The position numbers and the translations under genes were made by a program. A DNA stretch of 64,000 nucleotides from Zootoca vivipara (lineage: Eukaryota). Within the stretch, counting starts at the first letter, position 1; each line of letters begins with the position of its first letter. The notes below the pieces were generated by a model, which saw nothing but the letters and a program-made list of their open reading frames with translations, did not search any database and was not told where the DNA came from. Below, in pieces: positions 49,850 through 62,015 of this stretch. Location of the stretch: the NCBI RefSeq assembly GCF_963506605.1, contig NC_083280.1:81840001-81904000 (forward strand), written 5' to 3'.

Positions 49850-50828
49850 TATTTCAAGGTCTCAAGTACTGTAGCGTTTTCCCCCTATTAACTGCGATCC
49901 CTTTAATGTCGAGATGCCAAAGAAATTGGGGGATGGACCTTGGCGAGCAAACCATATCCTCTGCAATTGAGCAGTATCACTTCTCTTCTATATTCAGCTT
50001 GTAAATTCATCTAAAGTTGGGCCCAGACTTAATTGTACTTAGACTCCCTGAAATCAATGGGACATGAATTAGCGATGCCTAACCTACAGTAAGTCCCACA
50101 GGGCCTCTTTCAGTGGGTCTAATCTATGCATGACTAAGTCTGGAACCAACTGACTGGACTTAGCTTTTCATTATATTATTCTATAAAACAGGGGTGCTAA
50201 CTTGTCGCTTGCAGGCCAAGAGTTTTGGGGTGGCCCATGTAGCCTTTGACATTTGGTGGGAAGTTAGCAGCATTTTTTTAAAATGGCAATCTTGTTCAAA
50301 TCCATAGGAGAGGATGGTGGCAACCCAGCTTAAAAGCTGATGCCACACTGTCATGGTTACATGTGCGTTCTGCTGAACCCAGCTCCCCAATAACTGCAAA
50401 GGCTGACTCACCGCCCTAAGCAGCACATCCACAGTGAACAGGAACTCCCTGCTCCCTGCATCCAGATCCCTTTCCTTCCCACCCAGTTTGCCCAGACTTC
50501 CAAATTACTATGCAGGAAAGTACCTCTGAGTGACACTCTGCACTTTGCTATGCTCTTACTGGTTATCCTAGGAATTGGGTGGCCTTAAACCTTCTCTCAG
50601 CTACCTGTGATATGGGGAGGAGATAATTTGATTCCCAGTCATGAGAGGACTGCCAATAATGCCAACACTATTTTTTTTTCTTTAGCAACATTCCAAAAGC
50701 ACTGATTACACCAAGTGTGGTAAAGATAAGACGGGGGGGGGGCAGAGAAAGGTGAGCAAAAAGGATCCACCCTCTCCTCTGTTACGTGTGTGAAATCTGA
50801 ATCTGTGTGTATCTGTTTATCTATACAA

Positions 50829-51158
50829 GGGACATGGGTGTGGTCTAAAACCACAGAGCCTAGGGCTTGCCGATCAGAAGGTTTGAATCCCCGTGATGGG
50901 GTGAGCTCCCATTGCTCGGTCCTAGCTCCTGCCAACCTAGCAGTTCGAAAGCATGTCAAAGTGCAAGTAGATAAATAGGTACCACTCTGGCAGGAAGGTA
51001 AACAGCATTTCTGTGCGCTGCTCTGGTTCGCTAGAAGGGGCTTAGTCATGCTGGCCCCATGTCTGCGGACAAACCCTGGCTCCCTCGGCCAGTAAAGTGA
51101 GATGAGCGTCGCAACTCCAGAGTCGTCCACAACTGGACCTAAAGGACCTTTACCTTTA
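50829..51158 (+). mobile_element. Sauria SINE with TSD
   Basis: Diagnostic body and cctttacctt tail. TSD TATCTATACA at 50818-50827 and 51161-51170. Confidence 0.92.
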
Positions 51159-52881
51159 TATATCTATACAGATATGTATGCTGTGGGAATGGGTACACAA
51201 ACATGCAACACATGACCCTCAAAGGGGTGGCCAACTCTCAGCACGGCCCTGCTATAAAGTACTGTATCATGTTATACAAACCTTTGCAACCATTGCAGCC
51301 TAACATGAGAAATTACAGGTTTATGATTAAGATAACGGTGCTGAAATGGGTCAGGGAAGCCTGTCATTATGGGAATCAGTCACTTAACAAGCATCTTTGA
51401 GAGGGCCAGGTTCAAAATACCTTCAGCAGTAATGGGGCATGCAAGCAGGAGCTAGATTGAATTCCAACCGCAAAATAAAACCTTACTTTGTAGCACAGCG
51501 TTTAGTTCCTATGCATATATTGATTCTCTTTCATTTGGATGGATTTTACTTTGGAAGCCTCTGAACCAGCTGTTGAATTCATCATAGTTTTGTATTAACC
51601 TACAGGCATCCTCTTCTAAAGGCAGTATTGGTGCAGGTCACTCTTTTGATTTGCAAATAGTGTTACATTAAAGAGATGACTCTTGTTATAAGACTCCCTT
51701 GCTTAATCTGAGTATTAGAAAAGAAAAATAAAGGTCAGTTGGAAAGCAGGTTCACTCCAGGATTTCCCCCTGCTAGTTAAAACCACATGGTACTAATAAC
51801 TGTTTACATAATCCCCAAGAAACTTGCAGCAAATTGTGTGAGCTGAAACATGAAAAGGGGAGTAAACACCAGATTATGTTTAATGCAAGATATGAGCCTC
51901 CATATATATCTTTTTTTTAAGCTGTCAAACTGATATTCTTTTTCTTTAGATCCTACAAATGAGTCTGGAAATTTCATGAAAACTGCTAACTTCTGAATGT
52001 CAGTCACCATGTTTGGTAAACAATCTAGATTCATGATTTAATAAGAGCATTTTTTTAAACCACAGATATGGGCAGAAAAGTTCTCTGCCTTAGGTGTTCA
52101 TCCTGTATTGTTTTTAAACCTCTTTTTAGTTGTTTGTGCTGTTTTTTAAAACTATTTTAACTGTTTTATGGTACATTTGTAAATTCTCTTGAGGCACTAA
52201 TAACAGAAGGTGATGATGATGATTTTTGTGAAGTGGAGCATTCCTAGTCAATTACTTGTGATTTCCAGGCTTCTTCTCCTATACCACTGACTCCGAAGCT
52301 GTCTGCCATGAAAGGGGATGAAATGTACTATTAAAGATTAAAATGTGCATGTCGGGCGCATCCTCTATGTTCCTTGGAGCGGGGGAGGGGGCTTATGTAG
52401 CATGGATTGCTCCCTCCACCCACCCAAATATGGGTGATTGCATCAACGTAAGGGAAGTCATAGCAACACATCAGGGTACTTTGATGCAGGGTACAACTAA
52501 CAGAAACAGGGATCCAGAATAACACTGCCCAGATAGCACAGTCTCATCCTTGAACCCTTACTGGGCAAATGAGAGGGTGTTGCCTTGGAAGACAGCATAA
52601 ACTGAGTTGTTTGACAGTTGCAAGGAGAATGCCTGATCATTGTTCTTATGTATTGGATTTTTAAAAATATTTAATTTCTGAACATTTTTTAAAATTTGGT
52701 TTTTAAAAGAGATTTTCTTGTGTTACAAACAAACAAGGAAAAGTATGAATCAAAACATTTGCATTTGGTGTGGGACACTATTGTGATAGACATCTCTTGA
52801 GAGGGGAGAGGGAGAGAGATGGGGAGTAATGTTCTTTCATTCTATTGCATAGGGTTTGTGCTAGCATCACATGGGTGAGTC

Positions 52882-52908
52882 ATTCATTCATTCATTCATT
52901 CATTCATT
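52882..52908. repeat. (CATT)n microsatellite
   Basis: Direct inspection. Confidence 0.9.
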
Positions 52909-55454
52909 TAGGCGTTGTGAGAGATTAGAGGGTCCAGAACTCGGTTGCTTGCATTCAGTTGGTTGCAATGTGGTTTGTTTGTATGTGGAGAGGACTGGAA
53001 GAGAGAGAAGTCTCCAATTTTAACCCAGCACCATGTTCTAAGTTCAGTTCTCAATAACAGCATGTACTTTATGTCAACCATCGGTAATGCCATACCTATG
53101 AAAGTCTCTTGACAAGGAGAGGGCTAGGAGGCACAATTTATGATTAATCTCTAGCTTTTGATATACCGCTTGAGATGAATAATCATATCTGCATGTGATC
53201 CAAAGAGAAATGCAATCCAGAGCTGAGAAAAAAAAGGTGGGCAGATATTGCTGTATGGCTTCCAAAGGAAACAGATTCAACACTCCTTCCTAAGTAACGT
53301 TTCCATGTTCAATCTTTATAGTGGTGAAGGTCACCACTATAAAGAACTTTGGGGAGGGACATGAAGTCTATAAAAGCTAAAGGGACACATTTGGAAATGA
53401 TTAATTGTTGTCTTCTATGAGGTGAAGATGAACAACTGGGGGAGGGACCTTCAAAGTTAAGTTATAGGAGCCTCATGTTGGGTTCAGGCATTGCTACAAT
53501 AAATAAGGAATCTTGACACTGAGCTAGGGCACCTAGGTGGTTCTATAGTAATAATAAAGTCACAAGGCTGAAAGTATATGTGTTTGAGACAGAAGAATTT
53601 GGCCAAAACTGCCTTTACACATGTTAAATTTATATTTTGCATTGTGTAATATGAGAGGAGCCCAGAAAGTGTCTGACACATCCACCAGTGTCAACTGCTA
53701 GTACCCAAAGGAAACAAAACATTTAGTTTTCCAGCCATTCTCCTGCAGAACTGCATTTAAAAGAGATATACAGGACGAAAATATAAATAGCCAGTAGCCA
53801 TAAAAAATAATTCCAAATGGCTGGGTTATGGCTGACAGAAGTGTAAACACATCTGGCTTTTGAAATACTAAACAAAAACCAGAATAAAATAAAATCAGGA
53901 ACGGATTCACTTTTCTCCTCATCATAGGTACTATAATATTACTATTTTTAAAAAATGAAAACAGATATTAAGATAGTTGTGCAGTATGCATACAATATAA
54001 GAAAAGCAGCAAATTTTGGTACTACATAGATTGACTTTTATTTAGGTTTCATGCCTATTACCCTATTTAAGAAATGTATGAAATGCCTTTCCAAAGAACT
54101 GCTCAAGGACAATGTGAAAAAAATGCAACAAACTAAAGGTTCATGTTGCACAACCCATTGTATTATAAGCATGAGAGGCAGTGAGCATCAGAGACAAAAT
54201 CGAATGTTTGTGGCACAGTGTGAAGCCCATTTATCCTTTCCATGAATCTGAAAGTCAAAACAGGGTTTCAGCTCTCATGGCTCTGGACACAGCAAAATGA
54301 AACCCAGGTATTCTCATTATAGCCCCTTCCCTGTACATACATTTTGTACAATTTGCAAACTATTTCCACCATCCACCCACCCCTCCTACAGACCTGGCCT
54401 TAGCCTTTTTGCTGCAAGAGGCAAAAAGGTCCAATTGCCACCCTTAGACTGATGCCTTATATTTTCACTTTTGAAGCAGTACCATCAGACCACTTCAAGA
54501 CTAGGTTGGCCTTCATTCTAGCTTTTGTGGAAAATAAAGTATTCACAAAAGAAAAAAGAAAAATAAGCAAAGGCAAGTCCAACTGATTATGTTTTCCAAT
54601 CTAATCACTGAAAAAATGACTAGATTTTTCTTCTACTTGAGGCCAACTGAATCAACATAGGGTAATATTATACCACAATTGTGTGAGCATATGTAAGTGG
54701 GGGAAAGTTTAATTGCAATGGATTAGCTGGTAGATTTGCCAGTTCTCCAGAGCTTCAGATCTCACAATCAGGGGAAGGAGCCCAGAATACATCAGCATGA
54801 GTCATGCTGGGGTTGGTACAGAGATAATGTCTAGTGGCATCTCATATGCCATGGGGCAAACATGGGTGTGGAGCTAATAGCAGAAACTTACAAGCCAGGC
54901 AAAGCAAATTGTCCCTTTCCTTTTCATGTATCACTCTGAGTCTGAGACAAGGTAAGTGAAACCAGTTGATGTTCAGGTCAGTCTCCAAGACCTGGGAGTG
55001 CCAAGTCCTTTCCAAAAACAATCCTATGAATAGACTCAACAACAAAAAGACAGGATCCCAGTTACAGGTTTTTTTCCAAGGACAAGAGGGTGTGAGAACC
55101 TAACCCATCTGGTTTAACTTTTGTAAAATATATTTGCTCATAGGAGTTTTATGAAAAGTTATTCTTCTAACTGCCAAATGTTCAGTCAGATTTAGGAAAG
55201 ATGTTTGTCAAATTAACCGGCCATTTATCTAGCACTCTTTGAATGTTCAGAGCATTTCAAACCCAAGAAGACTGTAATTCCTACAAACAGCTTTGTAAAG
55301 TGGGCCAGTGTTATTATTTCAGAATAAGCCGAGAGACAGTGATTTGCCCAGGTTCACCTATAGCCAAGGTGAGATTTGAAGTGGGGGCTTCTCCTCTGCC
55401 ACCTCCTGCTCCTGTATTTATTTATACCCTCCCTTTTCCCCTGATGCGACTCAA

Positions 55455-55574
55455 GGAGGTCTTTAAGCAGAGGCTTGATAGCCATATGTCAGGAATGCTT
55501 TGATGGTGTTTCCTGCTTGGCAGGGGGTTGGACTGGATGACCCTTGTGGTCTCTTCCAACTCTATGATTCTATG
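55455..55574 (+). mobile_element. CR1 LINE 3' end
   Basis: gaggtctttaagcagaggct..gcagggggttggactggatgaccc..cttccaactctatgattctatga. Confidence 0.85.
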
Positions 55575-56084
55575 AGGCTTACAGCTAAAAACAAGACTGC
55601 AATAAAAATAGCATGGCACCAGCCCTTTCATTAAAAGCAGGCAATTCCTTAAGACCTGTTTTTCTCCTCCACCTGCCAGCAGAAGAACAGCAAGGAGGGA
55701 GCCATTCTAGCTTCTCTAGGGAGGGAGTTCCAAAGCTCCAATCTCACTACACATTTAATTACCTAGGGTGGGACTCACCTAACAAGCCCGATCATCAGAA
55801 GCCCTGCACAAAGGCTTCCACCTATGCAATAGAGCTTTCCCACCTCTCCTCCTCCTCACAAATTGAGTCAAGGGGGTCAGGACTCAGGAAAACCCTCGGA
55901 GCAGCACTGGGGAGGGGAAAGTATTTCATCTGGCAACCTGCAATGCTTGTGCAAATGGAAGGACTGGGATACTGCAATGTTGAATTTCATCCCCAATCTG
56001 TAACTCCTAGTGGGTTTTGTTGTGATGGGACTCACCACTAAGGAGTACCACCCATATTTTATCAAACACATACACAAAACACTG

Positions 56085-56271
56085 ACAACTCCCATCATCC
56101 CAGACCATGCTGGCTAAGGCTGACAGGTGTGGCAGTCCAACACCACTTGGAGGGCCTACAACACTTGGAGGGCCTACAACTCCCATGATCCCTAGCTAAC
56201 AGGACCAGTGGTCAGGGAAGATGGGAATTGTAGTCCAAAACATCTGGAGGGCCGAAGTTTGGGGATGCCTG
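56085..56271. mobile_element. Cluster of small hAT MITE fragments
   Basis: acaactcccat..gggaattgtagtccaaaacatctggagggccgaagtttggggatgcctg; same family as 60963-61059. Confidence 0.65.
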
Positions 56272-56567
56272 GTTTAGCCTTTCAAGATTACAGTTTAAAA
56301 ACTCACACCAGCGTTTCTGTCCCATGCTATCCTTCCTTGCTTCTCCTTTGTGATGTCAAGTGTGCTCAGGGTTTTGGAGGATCAGTTTATAAAATTACTT
56401 ACGGTGCTGCTTACCAAGCATTTCAGCTAACAAAAAAAAGGGGGGATGAATATGGGGGGAGTGAAATTAGAACTAGCCCCCAGTTCCTGGTATTATTCCT
56501 AGCTTGTCTCTCTATTTGTGAAGAAGTTGTATCCTGCCTCGGGACCAGCTGCAGGAATGGACATTTT

Positions 56568-56791
56568 GAGTGGTACCTTGGTTGTCGAACTTAATCCATT
56601 CTGGGAGTCCGGTCGACTCCCGGAACCGTTCAAAAACCAAGGCGCGGCTTCCAATTGGCTGCAGGAGCTTCTGCGTTGGATGTTCGGCTTCCAAAAAACA
56701 TTCGCAAACTGGAACGCTCACTTCCGGGATTGCAGCGTTCAGGAGCCAATTTCTTCAGGAGCCAAACCATTTGACAACCAAGGTGCCAGTG
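56568..56791. mobile_element. Tigger/mariner-type MITE
   Basis: Imperfect TIRs gagtggtaccttggttgtcgaa / tttgacaaccaaggtgccagtg, followed by TA. Confidence 0.7.
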
Positions 56792-57131
56792 TACAGCACT
56801 ACAGTATTTAAAAATGCTTACTTAGAGAACAAGAGCATCGTTCACTAAGCACACTCCATATACAATACTCAGAGTCTCACATGCATATAGGACTGCCACC
56901 AGAGCTATGGCAGAAGATATTCTGTAAGTGTTTGTGCCGTTTCCTCTTCCACAGGGACACAGCGGAGAGTCTGCATGCAAGAGTAGGCCTCTGGTTTTTT
57001 CCAAAGGCTTCATAGACCCAAGCATAGCAGGGTAACATGCCACCAAAGATCAGTCTGATTTTGCATTCAGCCTAGAATTGTACCGGTGAAAGGCCCCATC
57101 TACTCCCCAGCTTTAGGCACAGAATAGATTA

Positions 57132-57355
57132 AGGCAGAGGGCCTTCTCGGTAGTGGCACCCGCCCTCCCATCAGATGTTAAGGAGATGAGTAATTATATA
57201 ACATTTAGGAAACCTCTGACGGCAGCCCTGTATAGGGAAGCTTTTTAAGATTTAAGGTTTTTATATGTTTTTATATATGCTGGAAGCCACCCAAAGAGGC
57301 CAGGGCAACCCTGTCAGATGGGCAGGAAACAAACAAATTGTTGTTGTTGTTGTTT
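57132..57355 (+). mobile_element. L2 3' end fragment
   Basis: aggcagagggccttctcggtagtggcacccgccct..ggcagccctgtatagggaagc; homologous to 40893-41110. Confidence 0.85.
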
Positions 57356-57378
57356 CTAATATTTCTAATGCTGCACAG

Positions 57379-57412
<34 letters not shown>
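57379..57412. repeat. (TCTA)n microsatellite
   Basis: Direct inspection. Confidence 0.9.
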
Positions 57413-57413
<1 letters not shown>

Positions 57414-58465
57414 ATCTACCTTGCTCAAACGTATTGCCCTCCCATGGCACACCCCACATTCATCTTTGAAGAAAACTCATCCACCACTGCCCCTCCCTAT
57501 CCCAATAACCAGATACTACCACTTGTACCAAAGAGACAAAAATAGCAATGTGACAAACGGCCAAATGCACACTGTGACACGTGCAGGTTTCTAAATAGCA
57601 TCGTTCATGGTGTCCATGTGTGCTAATGACATTCCTTCTGCTTGACCCCCCCCTTTAAAAAAAACCAAAAACCCACTGCTTCCCTCTTAAGGGAGGGGAG
57701 TGGCAGAAAAAGAAGGGGAAGTAACTTCACTTGCTTGGAAAAGATTCAGCAAAGAAAATATTGGTTCTGTTTCAGCACTTCACCAACATCTCTTTTTCTT
57801 GAGGCACAAAGGACTAACTGCCCCAAGAATGTGAAAGGGTTTGTTCAGTCCTTATGATGAGAAATTTTCTGTTGCAGCCAAAGAACCTTAAAAATGTGGC
57901 AGTAGGTGCAAGAGCAAGAGGGCTTTTTGCAGGTGTCTTTTTAAAAGGCTGCCTATGAAGCCAGCTTGTAAATGGCCACTTGTACTTGATTGCCTGTGGC
58001 AACAATGAATGGCCTTTAGGTAACCAGTCAAGGAAGCTTTACAATAATTGGTTCCTTTTTTCCTTTTAGGCCACAAATTACAAACATACAGATGCTCCAG
58101 CAGGCAGGATAATACATTTTTTGCAGGTTCATAAATGTTGCAGAGATTTATTTGCAAGGCTACTGTGAAGTGTTGGCTACTGCACCTTTCTTCTTGTTTG
58201 CACTACTGTATAGTAAATGCAGTTGTATAATGTTTTACCCACTTCTCCACCGCATGTTTACTTTTACAGTTCATGTGATTAAAATGGAATAGTATTTTAA
58301 AAAAACAAAAAACAAAAAACCTTAATGACTTAAAAGAGGCTTCTGGTTGTGGAACTCCAATAATGGTTCATTTTATCCCATATTTTTTTTTCTGGTTAAT
58401 TACGTTTTTTTGGCCAGTGCTGGTACAGACATACTGGAGCCAAACCTGTTAACCATGGTTAAGAA

Positions 58466-58600
58466 CAGTGCTATTTTTCTAGAAAAATAGCTTCCAGAAC
58501 TCACCATGAACATCTCTTTTGTTCTCTTACAATGGCAATGGCGCCCACCTGAGAAAAGCCAGAACTGAGTTCCGGAAAGTTCTAGCCTAAAAAAACCCTG
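58466..58600. mobile_element. Short hAT MITE
   Basis: TSD GTTAAGAA / GTTAAGAG. Ends CAGTGCTATTTTT / AAAAAAACCCTG. Confidence 0.7.
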
Positions 58601-58725
58601 GTTAAGAGATTGAAAAGCAGGCTTCAGGATCACACAGCCCTTTAGTTGAACATGAAACCTGATGTGAATCCTTCTCCTCTCCTCTTTTTCCTGGTTAAGA
58701 GTTAAATCCATCTCCCCACCCTTCA

Positions 58726-59269
58726 GGCACGCAGGTAGTTCTGTGGTCTAAACCACTGAGCCTAGAGCTTGCTGATCAGAAGTTTGGCGGTTCGAAAATC
58801 CGCGATGGGGTGAGCTTGTTGCTCAGTCCCAGCTCCTGCCAACCTAGCAGTTCGAAGCACTTTGAAGTGCAAGTAGATGGGAAGGTAAACGGCGTTTTCG
58901 TACACTGCTCTGGTTTTGCCAGAAGCTGCTTAGTCATGCTGGCCACATGACCCAGAAGCTGTCTGTGGACAAACGCCGGCTCCCTCGGCCAGTAAAGCGA
59001 GATGAGCGCCGCAACCCCAGAGTCATCCGCGACTGGACCTAACGGTCAGGGGTAAAGGTAAAGATAAGGGTAAAGAGACCCCTGACCATTAGGTCCAGTC
59101 GTGACCAACTCTGGGGTTGCGGCGCTCATCTCGCGTTATTGGCCGAGGGAGCCGGTGTACAGCTTCCAGGTCATGTGGCCAGCTTGACAAAGCTGCTTCT
59201 GGAGAACCAGAGTAGCACACAGAAATGCCGTTTATAGCATTTACGGTCAAGGGTACCTTTACCTTTACC
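58726..59269 (+). mobile_element. Sauria SINE (host copy) interrupted near its tail
   Basis: Body 58726-59054; tail cctttacctttacc at 59256-59269. Outer TSD-like ccccacccttca / ccccgcccctca. Confidence 0.9.
59055..59242 (-). mobile_element. 5'-truncated Sauria SINE nested antisense in the host's 3' end
   Basis: Reverse-complement SINE 3' half flanked by 13-bp TSD acggtcaggggta (59042-59054) / acggtcaagggta (59243-59255). Confidence 0.88.
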
Positions 59270-60962
59270 CCGCCCCTCATATTTAGACTGCAAGCTCTTT
59301 GAAGCTACAACTTGTCTTTTGCTTATGTGACTTTGAAAAACACTGCCTATGTTGGTGATGCTGTATTAATCACAGACAATAATATGTGCATTTATTCTAT
59401 AAATGTGCATAAAGGTCTTTACAGAGCAGTGGTATGGCAGGAAAAAAGAAAAGGACAGTTCCCTCTCAGGTCACTGGATATATTCTCCTGCCTGAGCTGC
59501 CTTGAGAAAAAAAACAAACCTGAAGCAACAGTACAGAATTCCTCTTGCTTACTGTAACATCAAGCACAAGTTCTCAGCGTCTAAAAATATCTGCCAGAAG
59601 GACTTTTGTTCTCTAACAGCTTAAGGGAAAATCCAGCTGACAAAGCTAACGATCCAAATAACACACCATTTATTTTAGGGTGTATGCACAAGATCACACC
59701 CTTTTTATTCTGTATTAATTAATATCGAACTATGAGTACACCCCCTGCTTCTGTACAGATGATCAACGGTGGAGATTAAAAGACACCATTCCACATGTAA
59801 GCATAAAAGAAAGGCTGGAAGAATCCCACTGTTTTAAAGGCTTCAATTAAGTCTTAAAAAGAAGAATTCAGCTGAGTTGTGGATTACCTAATTTGTGTGA
59901 ACTCTAAAATAATTACAAGTTTAGACAACAGGTTTTGCCTGATAATAGATAGGCTAGAGAACGGGTGGTTTTTATCAACCAGTTACATATTCTCAGCCAG
60001 CATGAAAGAAACCATGCAATGCAAGGAACTGTGTTGGCCATTTCCCTGTATCTCCCCAGTTCAAGTATTTTTGCAGTAAATTAAATGGCAGCTCAGTTAT
60101 GACCAAGGACATTCATGTTCCATTTCGCTGTAGTGACATTTGGTATTGGACTATGATCAAACCTAGCCACTGCAAACAAGAACACATGACTTACTCCTCG
60201 TGGCTAAGTCTTTTTTTGCAAACCATTCAGTACACCATCACAAGATCTCAGCTCCCTTGATCCTTCATTACAGCTATTACTTTCACTACAGCACAGTTTG
60301 TCCTTTTGCTTTATTATTACACTATTTTAGAATTTAGCCATCATACCCTACATGTAACAATCACAAACAAATAATTATTTATAGGGATGTTCAAAGGAGG
60401 TCTTTGTCCAATAGATGGCAGTTAGGATATCAGATTTTTTTGTGTGTTTGCCAAACCTCAGCTCTCTGACAAAAAAATGATAGGAGATATTCTATAGGTC
60501 AATCATTTTTCCGGGCCCCCAGACCACTTATTGCTGGTACATGATCCATTGTTGCATTAGCCATGACTTCAGCCTGGAACCTCCTGCACTGTGGGCTGGT
60601 TCCTCCTTTAGCAAGAAATCCATGGCTACAAAACAGGACTATCAAATAACAGAACTATCCTCTTGAGATTGCATCATTGCTTCACCCCCAGACAGTTTAT
60701 TTATTCTCCTGACCAGGCCTAGCAATAAATAATTCCACATTGGGCCTGCGCAACAGTTCTGGTTTAGATCTTGATGATCTGGTTTATTACCCTCTTGCAT
60801 TCACCTCTTGTCTGATACTTTCTTGTATCCTGTTCTTTTCAGACAGAATCCTGGCAAAGAGTGACTTGGATTTGGGCAACTCCTTTCTGAAAATACCTCC
60901 TTGAATCTCAAGCCATCAGCTCATCCAGCTCCCCAGCAATTATGACTCCTGATCCTGCAGAC

Positions 60963-61059
60963 CAGGCATCCCCAAACTTTGTCCCTCTGGTCCTGTTAGC
61001 CAGGGATCATGGGAGTTGTAGGCCAAAACATCTGGAGGGCCACAGTTTGGGGATGCCTG
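60963..61059. mobile_element. Tiny hAT MITE (97 bp) with perfect 8-bp TSD
   Basis: TIR CAGGCATCCCCAAACT / AGTTTGGGGATGCCTG. TSD CTGCAGAC at 60955-60962 and 61060-61067. Confidence 0.92.
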
Positions 61060-61135
61060 CTGCAGACATTCACATCTGCCTGCCACCCAGTGTCTACTAT
61101 TCACTCTTAAAATGATGGTCCTGTAGTCATCCTGC

Positions 61136-61245
61136 CATCAACAAAACTAACATCAGACTAAAAAACTAACATCACCAAAACTAAAGATACAGTGTGTAAC
61201 CTCAGACTAAAAAACTAACATCAACAAAACTAAAGATACAGTGTG
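61136..61245. repeat. Local tandem duplication (about 49-bp unit)
   Basis: tcagactaaaaaactaacatca.caaaactaaagatacagtgtg occurs twice. Confidence 0.85.
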
Positions 61246-61791
61246 AAGTTCCGTATCAAATGTGTTTCTTCCATTATTTTTATTTATTTCTTGCTCATTA
61301 ATGTCATACCAATAATGATTCCAAATTACATTTTGTGCAATTCATCATTATTAAAGCAAACCTTGCTTGAATGAAAATCAAATTAATTCATTCCTAATAG
61401 GAGTGCCTCCAATTTCAGGTGAAGCCAATCATATGAACGGGGTAAAAAAAATCACCCAGCAAAGGCTTAAATACCTAATAGGAGATGAGAAATCAAATGG
61501 GAATTAATGTGGAGAAAACATAATTAAAAGAAAAACCTTGATTGAATTTAGACAGAATTGACATAACAGTGCAAATTAACTTTGTACAAAAAAGTATTCA
61601 CTGAGAAAGCAATAAAAAGGCATTTCATTATTAATCTATATTCAAACAATAGAGCTGGCTTAATGTGAAACATAGGGTTTAATAGCCACAGTTTACAATG
61701 GCTGTCAGGAGTTGATGTTAACATTAGGATACCTAAATATCAGGAAATGAATCGTTAGAAATTGTATCATTAGAGGATTCTAGCAATGACA

Positions 61792-62015
61792 CACATATTT
61801 AAGAAGGATGCTGACAAGCTAGAACGTGTGCAGAGGAGGGCAACCAAGATGATCAAGGGTCTTGAAACCAAGCCTTATGAGGAATGGTTGAAGGAGCTGG
61901 GTATGTTTAGTCTGGAAAAGAAGAGACTGAGAGGAGATATCATAGCCATCTTGAACTATCTAAAGGGCTGTCACATGGAAGATGGAGAAAGCTTGTTTTC
62001 TCCTGTTCTGGAGGG
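61792..62015 (+). mobile_element. CR1 LINE ORF2 C-terminal fragment
   Basis: ORF 61786-62199 begins [47 protein letters not shown], a classic CR1 motif. The ORF continues into unrelated sequence. Confidence 0.9.
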
